Shown one piece after another: positions 20,149-30,812 of a stretch of 64,000 bases of DNA. Source of the DNA: Roseibacillus sp. (GTDB lineage: Bacteria; Verrucomicrobiota; Verrucomicrobiia; Verrucomicrobiales; Akkermansiaceae); contig CBDEUM010000004.1 in assembly GCA_965242925.1 (NCBI GenBank), positions 32,001-96,000 of the forward strand. Reading direction: 5' to 3'. The notes under the pieces are model-generated. The model was not told the origin of the DNA, ran no database searches, and was given only the letters and a program-made list of their open reading frames with translations. Each line of letters begins with the position of its first letter. The first letter of the stretch is position 1. The position numbers and the translations under genes were made by a program.

Positions 20149-20324
20149 CCAAGTTACTGCGGCTCCTTGCTGCTCCTGCAGCCTGCACGAGGGGCGGGGA
20201 AGGGGTCTTTTCACACGAGAGCCATGCAGAATCAGGATGGGGGCTGAAATTCACACGATGGGCCCGGCCTTCTCACTTTGTAGAGCCGAGCTGGATTGGG
20301 TAAATGTTACAACCTTCTGATTGT

Positions 20325-21053
20325 ATGGGCGAAAAGGGACGCTCTTTCAAGAGAGCCATACTGAAGTTAAGCGGGGAGGCCTTGCGGGAACCGGGAAGCA
20401 AGGACAATATCTCTCCTGAGATTGTGGGGCGCATCGCCTCCGAGATTTCGACTGCCCTGGAGTCAGGAGTGGAGTTGGGCATTGTGGTGGGAGGGGGTAA
20501 TTTCTGGCGCGGTGCGTCAGCCAGTGCCCGCGGAATGGACCGGGCTACCGCTGATTACGTCGGCATGCTGGCCACCGTCATGAACGCCCTGGCTCTGCAG
20601 GCCGCCCTGGAGGAAGAAGGGGTGATGTGCATCGTGCAGTCCGCCATTGAAATGAAGAATGTAGCGGAGCCCTTCATCCGGCGGAAGGCCAGACGGCACC
20701 TCGACCACAAAAGGGTCGTCATTTTTGCTGCCGGAACCGGCAGCCCGTTCTTCTCCACCGATACAACCGCCGCCCTGCGGGCCAGCGAGATGAGTGCTGA
20801 CGTTATCCTGAAGGCGACCATGGTGGACGGAGTCTACACTGCGGATCCGAAGAAGGATCCTGATGCCGAGCGTTACGAGAGCGTAAGTTTTCACGAATGC
20901 ATCACAAAGCGGCTGCAAGTGATGGACTCGACGGCGTTCAGCCTCTGCATGGACAACAACGTGCCTGTTATTGTCTTCGATCTGGGCGAACCCGGCAATA
21001 TCGAGCGAGCGCTGTGTGGCGAAGAGCTTGGCACGATCGTCTGTGGAGAGTAG
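20325..21053 (+). CDS. pyrH: UMP kinase
   Basis: [43 protein letters not shown]. Confidence 0.97.
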   Translation: MGEKGRSFKRAILKLSGEALREPGSKDNISPEIVGRIASEISTALESGVELGIVVGGGNFWRGASASARGMDRATADYVGMLATVMNALALQAALEEEGVMCIVQSAIEMKNVAEPFIRRKARRHLDHKRVVIFAAGTGSPFFSTDTTAALRASEMSADVILKATMVDGVYTADPKKDPDAERYESVSFHECITKRLQVMDSTAFSLCMDNNVPVIVFDLGEPGNIERALCGEELGTIVCGE

Positions 21054-21093
21054 TTTTTCTGCCCGATCACGACTTCACTCAATTTCAGTTATC

Positions 21094-21663
21094 ATGGACC
21101 CGGAAAATACTAAGAAGGAAGTAAACGCTGCGATGAGCAAGGCGGTTGACCACATGCTGCAGGAATTTGTGGGTGTGCGAACCGGGAAAGCCTCTCCCGG
21201 TCTGGTGGAGAACCTCGAAGTGCACGTCGAGGCCTATGCCAGCAACATGAGACTCAAGGAACTGGCGGTGATTACCACGCCTGAAGCCCGTACCATCATG
21301 GTGCAACCCTTTGATCCCGGGGTCACCGGTGATATCGAGCGAGCCATCCGGGAGAATGGCAAGTTGGGACTGAATCCTGTGAGTGATGGCAAGGTTATCC
21401 GTCTCCCCATTCCCGAACTCACCGAGGAACGCCGGGTCGAACTGGTCAAGGTCATCAGGAATATGGCGGAGGAGTCACGGATCAGGGTGAGGTCCGACCG
21501 GAAGGACGGCATGGATGCAGCAAAGAAGATGAAGGCCGACAATGTGCTGACCGAGGACCAGATGCGCGATTTTGAGAGCGAAGTTCAGGAATTTACGGAC
21601 AACTACATCAAGGAAATCGACGAAAAGCTCGGCGAGAAGGAGCAGGAGTTGATGAGGGTTTGA
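21094..21663 (+). CDS. frr: Ribosome recycling factor
   Basis: VRTGKASP, LNPVSDG, PELTEERR; follows pyrH. Confidence 0.97.
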   Translation: MDPENTKKEVNAAMSKAVDHMLQEFVGVRTGKASPGLVENLEVHVEAYASNMRLKELAVITTPEARTIMVQPFDPGVTGDIERAIRENGKLGLNPVSDGKVIRLPIPELTEERRVELVKVIRNMAEESRIRVRSDRKDGMDAAKKMKADNVLTEDQMRDFESEVQEFTDNYIKEIDEKLGEKEQELMRV

Positions 21664-21803
21664 GGAAGCGTTTCGCCGTGGCCGGGGATGGAGCGTGGAT
21701 TGATATCCAGCGACTCAATTTCCGGAAACCTTTCCGGATTCAGGCCAGGGCCCATCCGGTTAAGGGAACAAAGGTCGTTGTTCGGAACGGTGACGCTGCC
21801 AGC

Positions 21804-22199
21804 TCAGGAGGGTGATCCGTTCTCAAGTTCCGCGATAACCCGTTGTTTTCGGGCGTGTTTCCAGGAGCGAAAAGCAGCTCCGAGATAGAAAGTGCACATG
21901 AGCAGCGCAAGGGTGGCGTTGCGGTGTTCAGGGCTGGCCCATTCGTAGGTTCCCCCGATGGCGGGGCCAATGCATGTGGCTGCATTGGTCAGGAAGGCCA
22001 GAAAAGCCAGAAAGGTGGCTCCAGCGAGCCCGTGACGGGGTTCCACGATGGCGTAGAGGGAGGCAATGAGAACCGCCCCGCCGGAAAAGATGCCTGGCAT
22101 GGCGATGGACCGGAGTTCCCCGGTCGAGCCGACCTCCTGGATTCCCGCAATTCCCATGGCGAGGAGGGCGAAGGCCAGGAGGAAGCTCAGGATGTGCAT
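21804..22199 (-). CDS. Small hypothetical membrane protein (about 4 TM)
   Basis: Hydrophobic helices; fills the gap between frr and the GNAT gene. Confidence 0.65.
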   Translation of the reverse strand: MHILSFLLAFALLAMGIAGIQEVGSTGELRSIAMPGIFSGGAVLIASLYAIVEPRHGLAGATFLAFLAFLTNAATCIGPAIGGTYEWASPEHRNATLALLMCTFYLGAAFRSWKHARKQRVIAELENGSPS

Positions 22200-22370
22200 G
22201 CTGGCAGGAATCTGCAGAAGATGATGACAGGTCAGGATCTCCCGTCACGACTGATCTCTTCCCTGGCGGATCGGTCGGGGCGATCGATGACGAGCCGGGT
22301 GATCCTGCCCTGGGGAAGCGGTGTGATCATTCCCGATTGCTCTGAATGGTGCAGGACGTAGTCTTGTTCC

Positions 22371-22847
22371 ATGATCGATATGCTGGTGCGGCTTTACGAC
22401 CTGCCCGAGACCCTGGAGACCTATCGGGCCGTTGAGGAGGAGGGGGTGATCCTGCGGAGGCCACAGGGTTACGAGCGCCACATCCTGGCCCATTGGGTGG
22501 GCGAGCACTTTTCGCCAAAGTGGGTCAGCGAGGCGAAGGTGGCCTTCAGTCGGCAACCCGTGAGCGCCTTCATGGCGACCAGGGAGAAGGAGATACTCGG
22601 GTTCGCCTGTTACGAAACAACAGGCAAGGGCTATTTCGGACCGACCGGGGTGGCGGAAGGAGAGCGGGGCGGCGGTCTCGGAAAGGCTCTTCTCTACAAG
22701 GCCCTTGAAGCCATGCGCGAGGAGGGTTACGCCTATGCAATCATCGGTGGGGTAGGTCCGCGGGAGTTCTACGAGAAGGCATGCGGGGCGATTGAAATCC
22801 CGGGAAGTGACCCGGGAATTTTCGCTGATCTCCTGCCCGATCCCTGA
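22371..22847 (+). CDS. GNAT family N-acetyltransferase
   Basis: FGPTGV..ERGGGLGKALL acetyl-CoA motif A; FYEK. Confidence 0.9.
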   Translation: MIDMLVRLYDLPETLETYRAVEEEGVILRRPQGYERHILAHWVGEHFSPKWVSEAKVAFSRQPVSAFMATREKEILGFACYETTGKGYFGPTGVAEGERGGGLGKALLYKALEAMREEGYAYAIIGGVGPREFYEKACGAIEIPGSDPGIFADLLPDP

Positions 22848-22887
22848 TCGGGCAGGCACTCAGGTTCATATCTCACGTTTCAGATTG

Positions 22888-23598
22888 GTGTCCAAAGCCG
22901 TTCCCAGAGGAAGTCAGGATCCTGAGTATGTCCGGGGGGCCTTTGCCCGGATCGCGGATAAGTATGCCCTGGCCAATCACCTCCTGAGTGCAGGGACGGA
23001 TATTCTCTGGCGGCGGAAGGCCGCTCGCATGGTCGCGGATCTGCAACCGACCCGGGTTCTTGACGTGGCAGCCGGGACCGGTGATCTGGCTCTCGCAATA
23101 CAACGGTATTGCCCCGGGGCTGAGGTGACGGGGGTCGACTTCTGCGAGGAGATGCTCCTGCATGCGACGAAGCGCGGACTACGCCACACGGTCGTGGGTG
23201 ATGCACTTGATCTTCCCTTCGAGGATGGAAGTTTCGACGTGGTCACGGTGGCCTTCGGGTTGAGAAACATGGGGAACTGGGAGGCCGGGTTGCACGAGAT
23301 GGCGCGGGTCGTGCGGGACGGAGGACATGTCCTGGTCCTTGACTTCTCGCTCCCGAGGGGAGTTCTGCAAAGACCGTATGCCTTTTATCTCAACAAGTTG
23401 CTGCCCCGGATCGCCGGAGTGATCACCGGGGAGCGCGACGCATACGAGTATCTGGCGGGATCGATCGACCGATTTCCCTGTGGGGAGGCCATGCTTGAGT
23501 TGTTTTCAAGGACGGGATTGCAGGAGAGCGAGTGGCTGCCCCTCAGCGGAGGGATCGCTTCCATTTATACCGGACAAGTTGCTGTGATACCGTCTTAA
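22888..23598 (+). CDS. menG: UbiE/MenG (demethylmenaquinone) methyltransferase
   Basis: FARIADKY..NHLLS, VLDVAAGTGD, VAFGLRN, YEYLAGSI. Confidence 0.88.
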   Translation: MSKAVPRGSQDPEYVRGAFARIADKYALANHLLSAGTDILWRRKAARMVADLQPTRVLDVAAGTGDLALAIQRYCPGAEVTGVDFCEEMLLHATKRGLRHTVVGDALDLPFEDGSFDVVTVAFGLRNMGNWEAGLHEMARVVRDGGHVLVLDFSLPRGVLQRPYAFYLNKLLPRIAGVITGERDAYEYLAGSIDRFPCGEAMLELFSRTGLQESEWLPLSGGIASIYTGQVAVIPS

Positions 23599-23636
23599 CG
23601 CTTAACACAGGGCGCTCCAGAGGCCACACTTCCCGC

Positions 23637-24731
23637 ATGCCGATCCAGGGATCAGCCAATCAGTTCGTGTGCGACCTCGTGGCTTATGAGCCAGGGAAAC
23701 CGGTCGAGGAGACCGCGCGTGAATTGGGCTTGCGGCCTGAGGAGATCATCAAGCTGGCCAGCAACGAGAACCCGCTTGGTCCGTCACCAAAGGCAAAGGA
23801 GGCCATGCAGACGGCTATCGAGGAAGGGCATCTTTACCCCGACGGAGGGGGCTGGAACCTCCGTAATGCGATTGCAGAAAGGTGCGGGGTGGGAATGGAA
23901 CACGTGGTTCTGGGTAATGGATCAAATGAAATCATCGAGTTGCTCTGTCACTGCTTTCTCAATCGTGAAAGATCCCTTGTTGCGTCCGAGCATGCCTTCG
24001 TGGTCTACAAGCTGATGGCCACCCTCTTCGGGGCGAAATACGTGGAGGTGGCCGACTCGGATTTCGTGCACGATCTCGATGCCATGGCGGACGCGATTAC
24101 CACGGATACGCGGTTGGTATTCATCGCCAATCCCAACAATCCAACCGGGACACTCGTGGGCCAGACCGAAATCGACCGCTTCATGAACCGTCTTCCGGAT
24201 CACGTGGTGACAGTTTTTGACGAGGCCTATTACGAGTTTCTGAGCGATCCGCCGGATACGGTGAAATATGTCAGGGAGGGGAGGAATGTATGTGTCATGC
24301 GTACTTTCTCCAAGGCCCAGGGTCTCGCAGCCCTGCGGATAGGCTACGGCATCGCCTCTGAGCCGGTGGCGAACCTTCTGCACCGGGCCCGGCAGCCATT
24401 CAACGCGAACGGTATTGCTCAGGCCGGCGCTCTTGCCGCCTTGGGTGATCCCGAGCACGTGGCCCGCACGGTTGCCAATAACGACGATGGTCTGTCGCTA
24501 CTGCAGGATGCCTTCGAAAAGCGTGGGCTTCGTTACGTGCCCAGCATGGCCAACTTCGTCCTGGTGGAGGTGGGAGACGGTGATGAGGTTTTCCAGAAGA
24601 TGCTTGCTCATGGGGTCATCGTAAGGGCCATGCGAGGCTACAAGCTGCCCGGGTGGGTCCGCATTTCGGTGGGAACCCGAGCTCAGAATGAACGCTGCCT
24701 GGAGGTTCTGGACCAGGTTCTGGCCGACTGA
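23637..24731 (+). CDS. hisC: Histidinol-phosphate aminotransferase
   Basis: KLASNENP, GNGSNE, NPNNPTG, DEAY, RTFSKAQGLA PLP lysine. Confidence 0.95.
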   Translation: MPIQGSANQFVCDLVAYEPGKPVEETARELGLRPEEIIKLASNENPLGPSPKAKEAMQTAIEEGHLYPDGGGWNLRNAIAERCGVGMEHVVLGNGSNEIIELLCHCFLNRERSLVASEHAFVVYKLMATLFGAKYVEVADSDFVHDLDAMADAITTDTRLVFIANPNNPTGTLVGQTEIDRFMNRLPDHVVTVFDEAYYEFLSDPPDTVKYVREGRNVCVMRTFSKAQGLAALRIGYGIASEPVANLLHRARQPFNANGIAQAGALAALGDPEHVARTVANNDDGLSLLQDAFEKRGLRYVPSMANFVLVEVGDGDEVFQKMLAHGVIVRAMRGYKLPGWVRISVGTRAQNERCLEVLDQVLAD

Positions 24732-24749
24732 GAGGGACGGGCTCGCGAA

Positions 24750-24778
24750 TTGACACGCAATAGACATGGGACTATTCT
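24750..24778 (+). promoter_or_regulatory. Sigma70-like promoter TTGACA-N17-TATTCT
   Basis: TTGACA at 24750-24755, 17-nt spacer, TATTCT at 24773-24778, 22 nt before ATG 24801. Confidence 0.6.
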
Positions 24779-24800
24779 ATTAAGACTTCTTAATAATCCG

Positions 24801-26333
24801 ATGTCCCAAACTACCTCTCCGGCCACCCGGAGCTTTCACTGCGTTTCCTGTCGCGGTGAAATTCAGATCCCGTTTGATCTGCCTCCGACAACTGCTCCAT
24901 GTCCCCATTGCGGGACCGGGATCTCCTCCCCCCCGCCTCCGGTTGTCTTTGCGGACCGGTCGCCGCTGGAACAGGCCGAGCTTCCACCCTCTGGGTCCGG
25001 CGAACCTCCCGCTCCGGCAGGTATTGCTCCGACAGCATCCGAAGAGGCGGTGCGGCCGGCAGCACCGGTCCCGTCTCCACTGGCGGGAGCGTCACTCCCG
25101 AAGTCGGAGCGCAGTCGACCGAAGCAGGGGCGGGGACTGCATCCAGCGATTCTATTCCTGGCCGCGGTGGTTCTTGTTGTGGGCGTGTTGATCACCCTGG
25201 TGGTGCTGAATCGCAAGGATCCAGATCCGGGGGCGCTCGTGGTGGTTCCCGCGAGGAAGAAGGTCACGGCTCCGCTTGAGAGGGAGGTGAGTGAACAGGG
25301 CCGGGAGCGTTTCCTTGAGCAGGGATGGAAGTCTGACGCTTCAAAGGCCCTGACCGGATTCCTGCAGGCTCGCAGCTCTGAAGAGAAGGCGCGCCATGTC
25401 ATTGGCGGGGACGTGCTGATGGGCGAGATGGAGAAGTTCTACACCGGTGTCAGCGAGATCGACGAGTCAGACACTCCAGTCAATGCCTTCAGTCATCAAC
25501 AACTCGACATCATGGACCGCCGGAGGGGGCTTTTCCTCATGCGTTTCGAAAGACCCTCGCAATTGAAGATGTCTGAATTCTTCCGGCCCGTGGCCCCGCT
25601 TGAGATCCAGCACGGCCTGAAGGAACCAGGCCTGCTCCTCTCCGCCTTTTCTACGAGGGAGCGCTTTGCGATGGAGCCAGTGCGGGTGATGGCCTTCTTC
25701 AAGGAGGTGAGTGGTAAACTGCTTCTGGACTGGAAGGTTTACACCCAGACGAAGTATCGTATTTTCAGGCATTTTATCAGCACTCCACGACCAGGTGCGG
25801 GCGGGGTGTTTCGGGTGATGGTCCGGGAGACCCTGCCTGTCACGAAGACCGGCACGATTGCCAATGCTGGGCGGAACTTCAGCCTGAGTGATCCGGCCTT
25901 TGCCCGGGACCAGGTCACGGTCACCGTGCTCAATGACGAACTGCCGGGCCGCATACTCTCCGAACTGGCATGGATCAATATTCCGAACCGACGGAATCAG
26001 AACCGTTACGCGACCGTGCGCCTCAGTTGGACGAGCGCCCCCGAAAGTCAGGTCCATCTCGACGAAGTGATCTGCTGGGAGTTTCTCGGTCTGGGCGGGC
26101 AGGCGGGAAACGCTGATCTCCTCGGAGAGGATGTGGTGGGGGAACCCGGTCCGGGGAAGTCCGTTCCCTTTGCGCCCGGGGAGCCGATCAACCCGGTTTC
26201 CATTCGTGAAGGGGAGCCTGGGGAGGGAATCCCCTCTGGGTCCAGCGGGGCTGAGGGCGGTTCCGGCGGCGGTGATGGAGGGAAGGAAGAAGAGGGAAAT
26301 GAGGAGAGCCCCAAGGGCCCCGTCAATCCGTGA
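24801..26333 (+). CDS. Hypothetical protein: Zn-ribbon, Pro-rich linker, single TM, extracytoplasmic domain
   Basis: CVSC...CPHC pair, Pro-rich stretch, one hydrophobic helix; stop overlaps the mnmE start. Confidence 0.75.
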   Translation: MSQTTSPATRSFHCVSCRGEIQIPFDLPPTTAPCPHCGTGISSPPPPVVFADRSPLEQAELPPSGSGEPPAPAGIAPTASEEAVRPAAPVPSPLAGASLPKSERSRPKQGRGLHPAILFLAAVVLVVGVLITLVVLNRKDPDPGALVVVPARKKVTAPLEREVSEQGRERFLEQGWKSDASKALTGFLQARSSEEKARHVIGGDVLMGEMEKFYTGVSEIDESDTPVNAFSHQQLDIMDRRRGLFLMRFERPSQLKMSEFFRPVAPLEIQHGLKEPGLLLSAFSTRERFAMEPVRVMAFFKEVSGKLLLDWKVYTQTKYRIFRHFISTPRPGAGGVFRVMVRETLPVTKTGTIANAGRNFSLSDPAFARDQVTVTVLNDELPGRILSELAWINIPNRRNQNRYATVRLSWTSAPESQVHLDEVICWEFLGLGGQAGNADLLGEDVVGEPGPGKSVPFAPGEPINPVSIREGEPGEGIPSGSSGAEGGSGGGDGGKEEEGNEESPKGPVNP

Positions 26334-27670
26334 ATGAGACGATCGCGGCCGTTTCTACTCCCTTCGGGCAGGGGGCCCTCGCGGTGATCCGCCTTTCCGG
26401 GGCTGAGGCCCTGCCGGTGGCCGGGCAGGCCCTGGGGCGTGCCCCTGAAGGTCTCGAGGAACGGCACGCGCACCGGGCAAAAGTGCGCGCCGAGGATGGC
26501 GTGGTGCTGGACGATGTGGTGGTGACGGTCTTCAGGGGGCCGCGAAGCTATACCGGCGAGGATGTGGTGGAAATCAGCTGTCATGGCGGGGTGCTGGTGG
26601 TTCAGCGGTTGCTGGAACGTCTTCTGGAGTGTGGTGCGCGGAGTGCGGAAGCAGGAGAATTCACTCAACGGGCGTTCCTGAATGGAAAACTGGATCTCAC
26701 TCAGGCGGAAGCGGTGATGGATGTCATCTCGGCGCAGACCGACCTTGCTCTCAGGGCGGCCCAGCATCAACTGGGTGGCCGTATTGGGGTGGAGACCGAA
26801 ATCCTGCGGGGTGCAATTCTGGAGATTCTGGCCCATGTGGAGGCTTACATCGATTTTCCCGAGGAAGATATTGATCCGAATACAGGGGCCGGGTTGATCG
26901 GGAGGCTGGAGGGAGTGAAGACCCGAATCGATGAGCTGCTGGCGACCGCCGGGCAGGGGCGCATTTTGCGGGAAGGGGCGCGGACCGTCATTTGCGGCAA
27001 ACCAAATGTAGGGAAATCCAGCCTTCTCAATGTGCTCCTGGGCTATGAGCGTGCGATTGTGAGTGAGAGGGCCGGGACAACCCGGGATACCGTCGAGGAG
27101 GTCGTGAACGTCGGTGGAATTCCGGTGCGGTTGATTGATACCGCAGGGATTCGGGAATCCGTTGATGAAATCGAACGAGAGGGGGTGGAAAGGACAAAGC
27201 AGCATCTCGCAGAGGCCGATTTGGTCCTGGAGGTGGTGGATGCAAGCCGGGAGAAGGGAGCACTGCTATCAAGTGATAACCGTGAAAATCGCCATCATCT
27301 CCTGGTGCTCAACAAGACAGACCTGGGCGCTCATCCTGACTGGAACCAAGAGGGGAAAGGGGTTGCGATCTCCTGTAAAGAGGGAACCGGCATGGATGCT
27401 CTGGGCGAAGCGATTGGTGAGCAGCTTTCCCTTGGGGCTGCCAGTTGGGGGCAGGAGGCGGTGGCTGTCAATGCCCGGCACCAGGACTGCCTGCGGCGCG
27501 CGGAGAAAGCGCTCTCGGTAGCTCGTGAGCAATTAAGTGCGGGTGAGAGCCCGGAATTTGCGGCTGTCGATTTGAGAATAGCACTCGATGCCATCGGCGA
27601 AGTGGCAGGGAAGGTGGAAACGGAGGAATTGCTTGGTGAAATCTTTGGGCGCTTCTGTATTGGCAAATAG
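26330..27670 (+). CDS. mnmE: tRNA modification GTPase MnmE
   Basis: TIAAVST, SYTGED, GKPNVGKSS, GTTRD, DTAG, NKTD, terminal FCIGK. Confidence 0.97.
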   Translation: MNETIAAVSTPFGQGALAVIRLSGAEALPVAGQALGRAPEGLEERHAHRAKVRAEDGVVLDDVVVTVFRGPRSYTGEDVVEISCHGGVLVVQRLLERLLECGARSAEAGEFTQRAFLNGKLDLTQAEAVMDVISAQTDLALRAAQHQLGGRIGVETEILRGAILEILAHVEAYIDFPEEDIDPNTGAGLIGRLEGVKTRIDELLATAGQGRILREGARTVICGKPNVGKSSLLNVLLGYERAIVSERAGTTRDTVEEVVNVGGIPVRLIDTAGIRESVDEIEREGVERTKQHLAEADLVLEVVDASREKGALLSSDNRENRHHLLVLNKTDLGAHPDWNQEGKGVAISCKEGTGMDALGEAIGEQLSLGAASWGQEAVAVNARHQDCLRRAEKALSVAREQLSAGESPEFAAVDLRIALDAIGEVAGKVETEELLGEIFGRFCIGK

Positions 27671-27901
27671 AATTCTGATGGTGGGCAAATCGATCACCTT
27701 TTGGTTTCCGAGGGTCGGTGGGAGAACCCGGACGGGGAGGCTTAAGGCCTTCCAGCGGGCCGGAATACCGGGGGGGAGCCTTTCCTTGAGGAAGGGAGGA
27801 AGGGGCCGGGGTGAAGATTCCAGCATTATCTTCTCCGGTAATTCCGTGAGGAGAGACTTGAAGAATCACGATGTTGTGGCTTGGTAAACCGTAGGAACCC
27901 C

Positions 27902-30646
27902 ATGGAAGAAAAACGATTCATTCTTCTCCTGAGCACAGCCATCCTCGGCGTAGCGCTCGTCTCCACGGCTCAGGACGGAGCGGACCCTCCGGCCCCGGCG
28001 GCGGAGGGCCCCGTGGCAGAATCAGGAACGGGAGAGGCAACCGAACCTGATGCCCCGGACGAGAAGCTCCTTCAGGCGCGCAAACTGGTCATCCAGCTGG
28101 GCGACGAATCCTACCGCGTAAGGGAGGAGGCCACCAAGGGGTTGTGGGGGCTCGGAGAAATCGGAATCGTGGCCATCAGGGAAGGGATGGAAACCGATGA
28201 TCCGGAGGTGGCTCACCGTTCACGGATTCTCCTGCAGCGTATTCTCACCGGGATCACTCCTGATACTCCCCGGAAGGTGGTGGATCTGGTCCAACGCTAC
28301 TTTCGCTCGGGCGTGGGGGGGAAGAAGGCGGTTTTCCAGGCGCTCCTCGATGCCGAGGCCTTTATCCAGATGCTTCGCATCTACCGCTTTGAAGAAGACG
28401 AAGAGGCCCGACAGAGTTGTGCAGAGTTGGTGGAAAAGGCGGTTCTGCCGCTCACCCTCAGGGAACTGGTTGAGGGGAATGTGAGCCAGGCGGAAGCGAT
28501 GTTGCGGCTGGCTCCGGTAAGTGACCAGAACAGTCGTCGCCTGGCCTGCCTCCTGCGCGTACAGGACAAATTGGACCGTGAGATGGATGTGGTGGTTCCC
28601 GCGATAGCCTACGGGGACGATGGCAAGGTCACGGAGGCGACCCGCGATTTTGCGAATCGCCAGCTGGCCCTGCTCCGTTCCAAGGGGCGACACACCGAAG
28701 CGCGTCACCTCGCTGAAAAAATGGGCCGCTCAGACATTGTGGCGGTGATGGCGCTCTTTGAGGGAGATCCAGTCCCCTATCTTCAGTGGTATATGGATCG
28801 CCCCAAGGAGTCGCCCATCGTGCGGGCACATGCCGAGATCGTCCTGAAAAGGTGGCAGTTGAATCACGAGGAGGCCGATCGCCTGATGAGGCAGATGGCG
28901 GAGGAGGCCGCAGGTGGAGGCGACGAGCGACGCGAAGCGATGCTTTCGCTTCTGCTCAATGGGAATCTCAAGGCCGGTCTTCCTCCTTTGTTCCAATCCA
29001 ACAAGGATGCCGCCTTCACTTATTACGAGACCGTCGAGCAGCCCACCAAGGCTGTGCAGGTGCTGGGATATGCCGGGACCGCCGGGGAAAAGACGCAGTG
29101 GCTGGAGAAGCGCTACCAGGCCATGCGGGACGACTGGGCGGAATCGGAGAAGGAGCGCTACGAAGCGCTCACGATTGCCTCGTTCCTTCATACGAGGGGC
29201 GAGAGTGCCGAGGGTCTCGGAATCATGGAACAGATTTCCGCGATCGCTTCCGGCGAAGGCCATTCCAATTGGCTGGAATTCATTGGTCGCCTCAACGATC
29301 TCGGAGGCAGCCTCTATGAACTGGCATTCTTCATTGCGACAAAAAAGCTGACTCCGGACTCGAAGGAGCGGGACGATCTCAGGATCGTCTCGCATCTGTT
29401 TGGGGAGGGAGATTCCGCGCCCCGGCTCTGGCATCTGCTGGAGTCACTGGAGAAGGACAAGGCCAAGCGGATCATCCTTCTGGGAGCCCTTTACGGGTTT
29501 GTGCATCTGGAGGACGAGAAGCTCCGTGCGTTTTTGGAGGAACTGGAAAAGAAGGCGGGGGAGCAGGAGGCCCGGGTGCAGACCCTGGCAGATCTGCTGG
29601 AAGCGGCGGAGGCGCGGGATGACGCCAAGGCTTCCCTGAAGCTCCTGGAAGAGCTCGTTAAACTTGATACGGATGAGAAGTGGGGCAAGAAGCTGGCGGC
29701 CTATTACGGCTATGTCTCGGACTGGGAGAAGGCCGCCGTCTCCCTGCGGTCGATTCTCGAGAAGGAGCCAACCAATCTGCGCTACCTGGCCGTCTACGGA
29801 GGGGTCCTGGTGCGGGCGGATCGGAGCGAGGAATCCGCCCGGCCCCTGGAGACGGTGGAGACCTTCTCCCTCGACGAGCCCATTCGTCTGTTGCGATTGG
29901 CCATTGATATGGAGCGTAGTGGAGCAGTCAGGGAGGCTGAAGGTTTCTGGAGAAAGCTCATCATGACCGGTGGGCCAAGTGACTGGTACTGGCAGACGGC
30001 GGCCTCCTACTTTGCCAAGCATGCGCGGCACAGCAAGCAGTGGCGGGTGGCAGCTGCCTTCGCGGAAGTGGATGCCATGCAGTATCTGAAGGGACGCTCC
30101 ACCACCATCAATCCGGTAGGGTTCATCCGTAAGCGTTTCATAGCGGACCTCTATCGCGCCCTCGCCCTGCGCCAGGAGGGTAATATGGAGGAGGCCATGA
30201 AACTTTTCCGAAGCTCGTTCGAGATCCTGAATGGCGACGGGATCCTGGCCGATGACTATTTTCCACTGCTTCGGGAAGCCGGTCTGGTCGAGGAACACGA
30301 TCGCAATTTTAAGATCGTCTACCAGCGTCTCCAGGAATCGATCGACGCCTACCCGCGGGCACACAACACCTACAACAGTGCGGCGTGGATGGCCTCGCGT
30401 GCATGTCGTGAGCTCCCCGATGCCCACGAGAAGATCCGCAAGGCGCTCTCAATGCGTCCCCGGCAGGCGGCCTATCTCGACACCATGGCGGAAGTCTGGT
30501 TCGCCAAGCGCAATCGCGAAGAGGCGGTTGCCTGGTCGCGCAAGGCGGTCCAGGGGAGCTTTCACGGTGGATCAAGTTCCGACGCAGGAGTGGGTCTGCG
30601 CGAACAGTATGACCGGTTTTTCTCCGGGGAGTTCCCGGTTCCCTAG
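27902..30646 (+). CDS. Large secreted HEAT/TPR-like helical repeat protein
   Basis: Signal peptide, HEAT-like QLGDESYRVREEAT, C-terminal YNSAAW...AYLDTMAE TPR-like motif. Confidence 0.75.
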   Translation: MEEKRFILLLSTAILGVALVSTAQDGADPPAPAAEGPVAESGTGEATEPDAPDEKLLQARKLVIQLGDESYRVREEATKGLWGLGEIGIVAIREGMETDDPEVAHRSRILLQRILTGITPDTPRKVVDLVQRYFRSGVGGKKAVFQALLDAEAFIQMLRIYRFEEDEEARQSCAELVEKAVLPLTLRELVEGNVSQAEAMLRLAPVSDQNSRRLACLLRVQDKLDREMDVVVPAIAYGDDGKVTEATRDFANRQLALLRSKGRHTEARHLAEKMGRSDIVAVMALFEGDPVPYLQWYMDRPKESPIVRAHAEIVLKRWQLNHEEADRLMRQMAEEAAGGGDERREAMLSLLLNGNLKAGLPPLFQSNKDAAFTYYETVEQPTKAVQVLGYAGTAGEKTQWLEKRYQAMRDDWAESEKERYEALTIASFLHTRGESAEGLGIMEQISAIASGEGHSNWLEFIGRLNDLGGSLYELAFFIATKKLTPDSKERDDLRIVSHLFGEGDSAPRLWHLLESLEKDKAKRIILLGALYGFVHLEDEKLRAFLEELEKKAGEQEARVQTLADLLEAAEARDDAKASLKLLEELVKLDTDEKWGKKLAAYYGYVSDWEKAAVSLRSILEKEPTNLRYLAVYGGVLVRADRSEESARPLETVETFSLDEPIRLLRLAIDMERSGAVREAEGFWRKLIMTGGPSDWYWQTAASYFAKHARHSKQWRVAAAFAEVDAMQYLKGRSTTINPVGFIRKRFIADLYRALALRQEGNMEEAMKLFRSSFEILNGDGILADDYFPLLREAGLVEEHDRNFKIVYQRLQESIDAYPRAHNTYNSAAWMASRACRELPDAHEKIRKALSMRPRQAAYLDTMAEVWFAKRNREEAVAWSRKAVQGSFHGGSSSDAGVGLREQYDRFFSGEFPVP

Positions 30647-30656
30647 GAACCGGTTT
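30635..30656 (+). terminator. Hairpin overlapping the stop codon, possible terminator
   Basis: CCGGTTCC-CTA-GGAACCGG followed by TTT. Confidence 0.4.
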
Positions 30657-30812
30657 GCCCCACTCCCAATTCATTGACTTCATATGCTTAAATATTTGAA
30701 AGTCGGTGAAAACTTGCTGGATTTGCGGTTTCTCTTCGCGGGGCTCCTTGTCTGATAATCAGATGAGGGCCAATGAACCCCCTAGCAATCAGCTCGAAAA
30801 GAAAAGCTCTTC

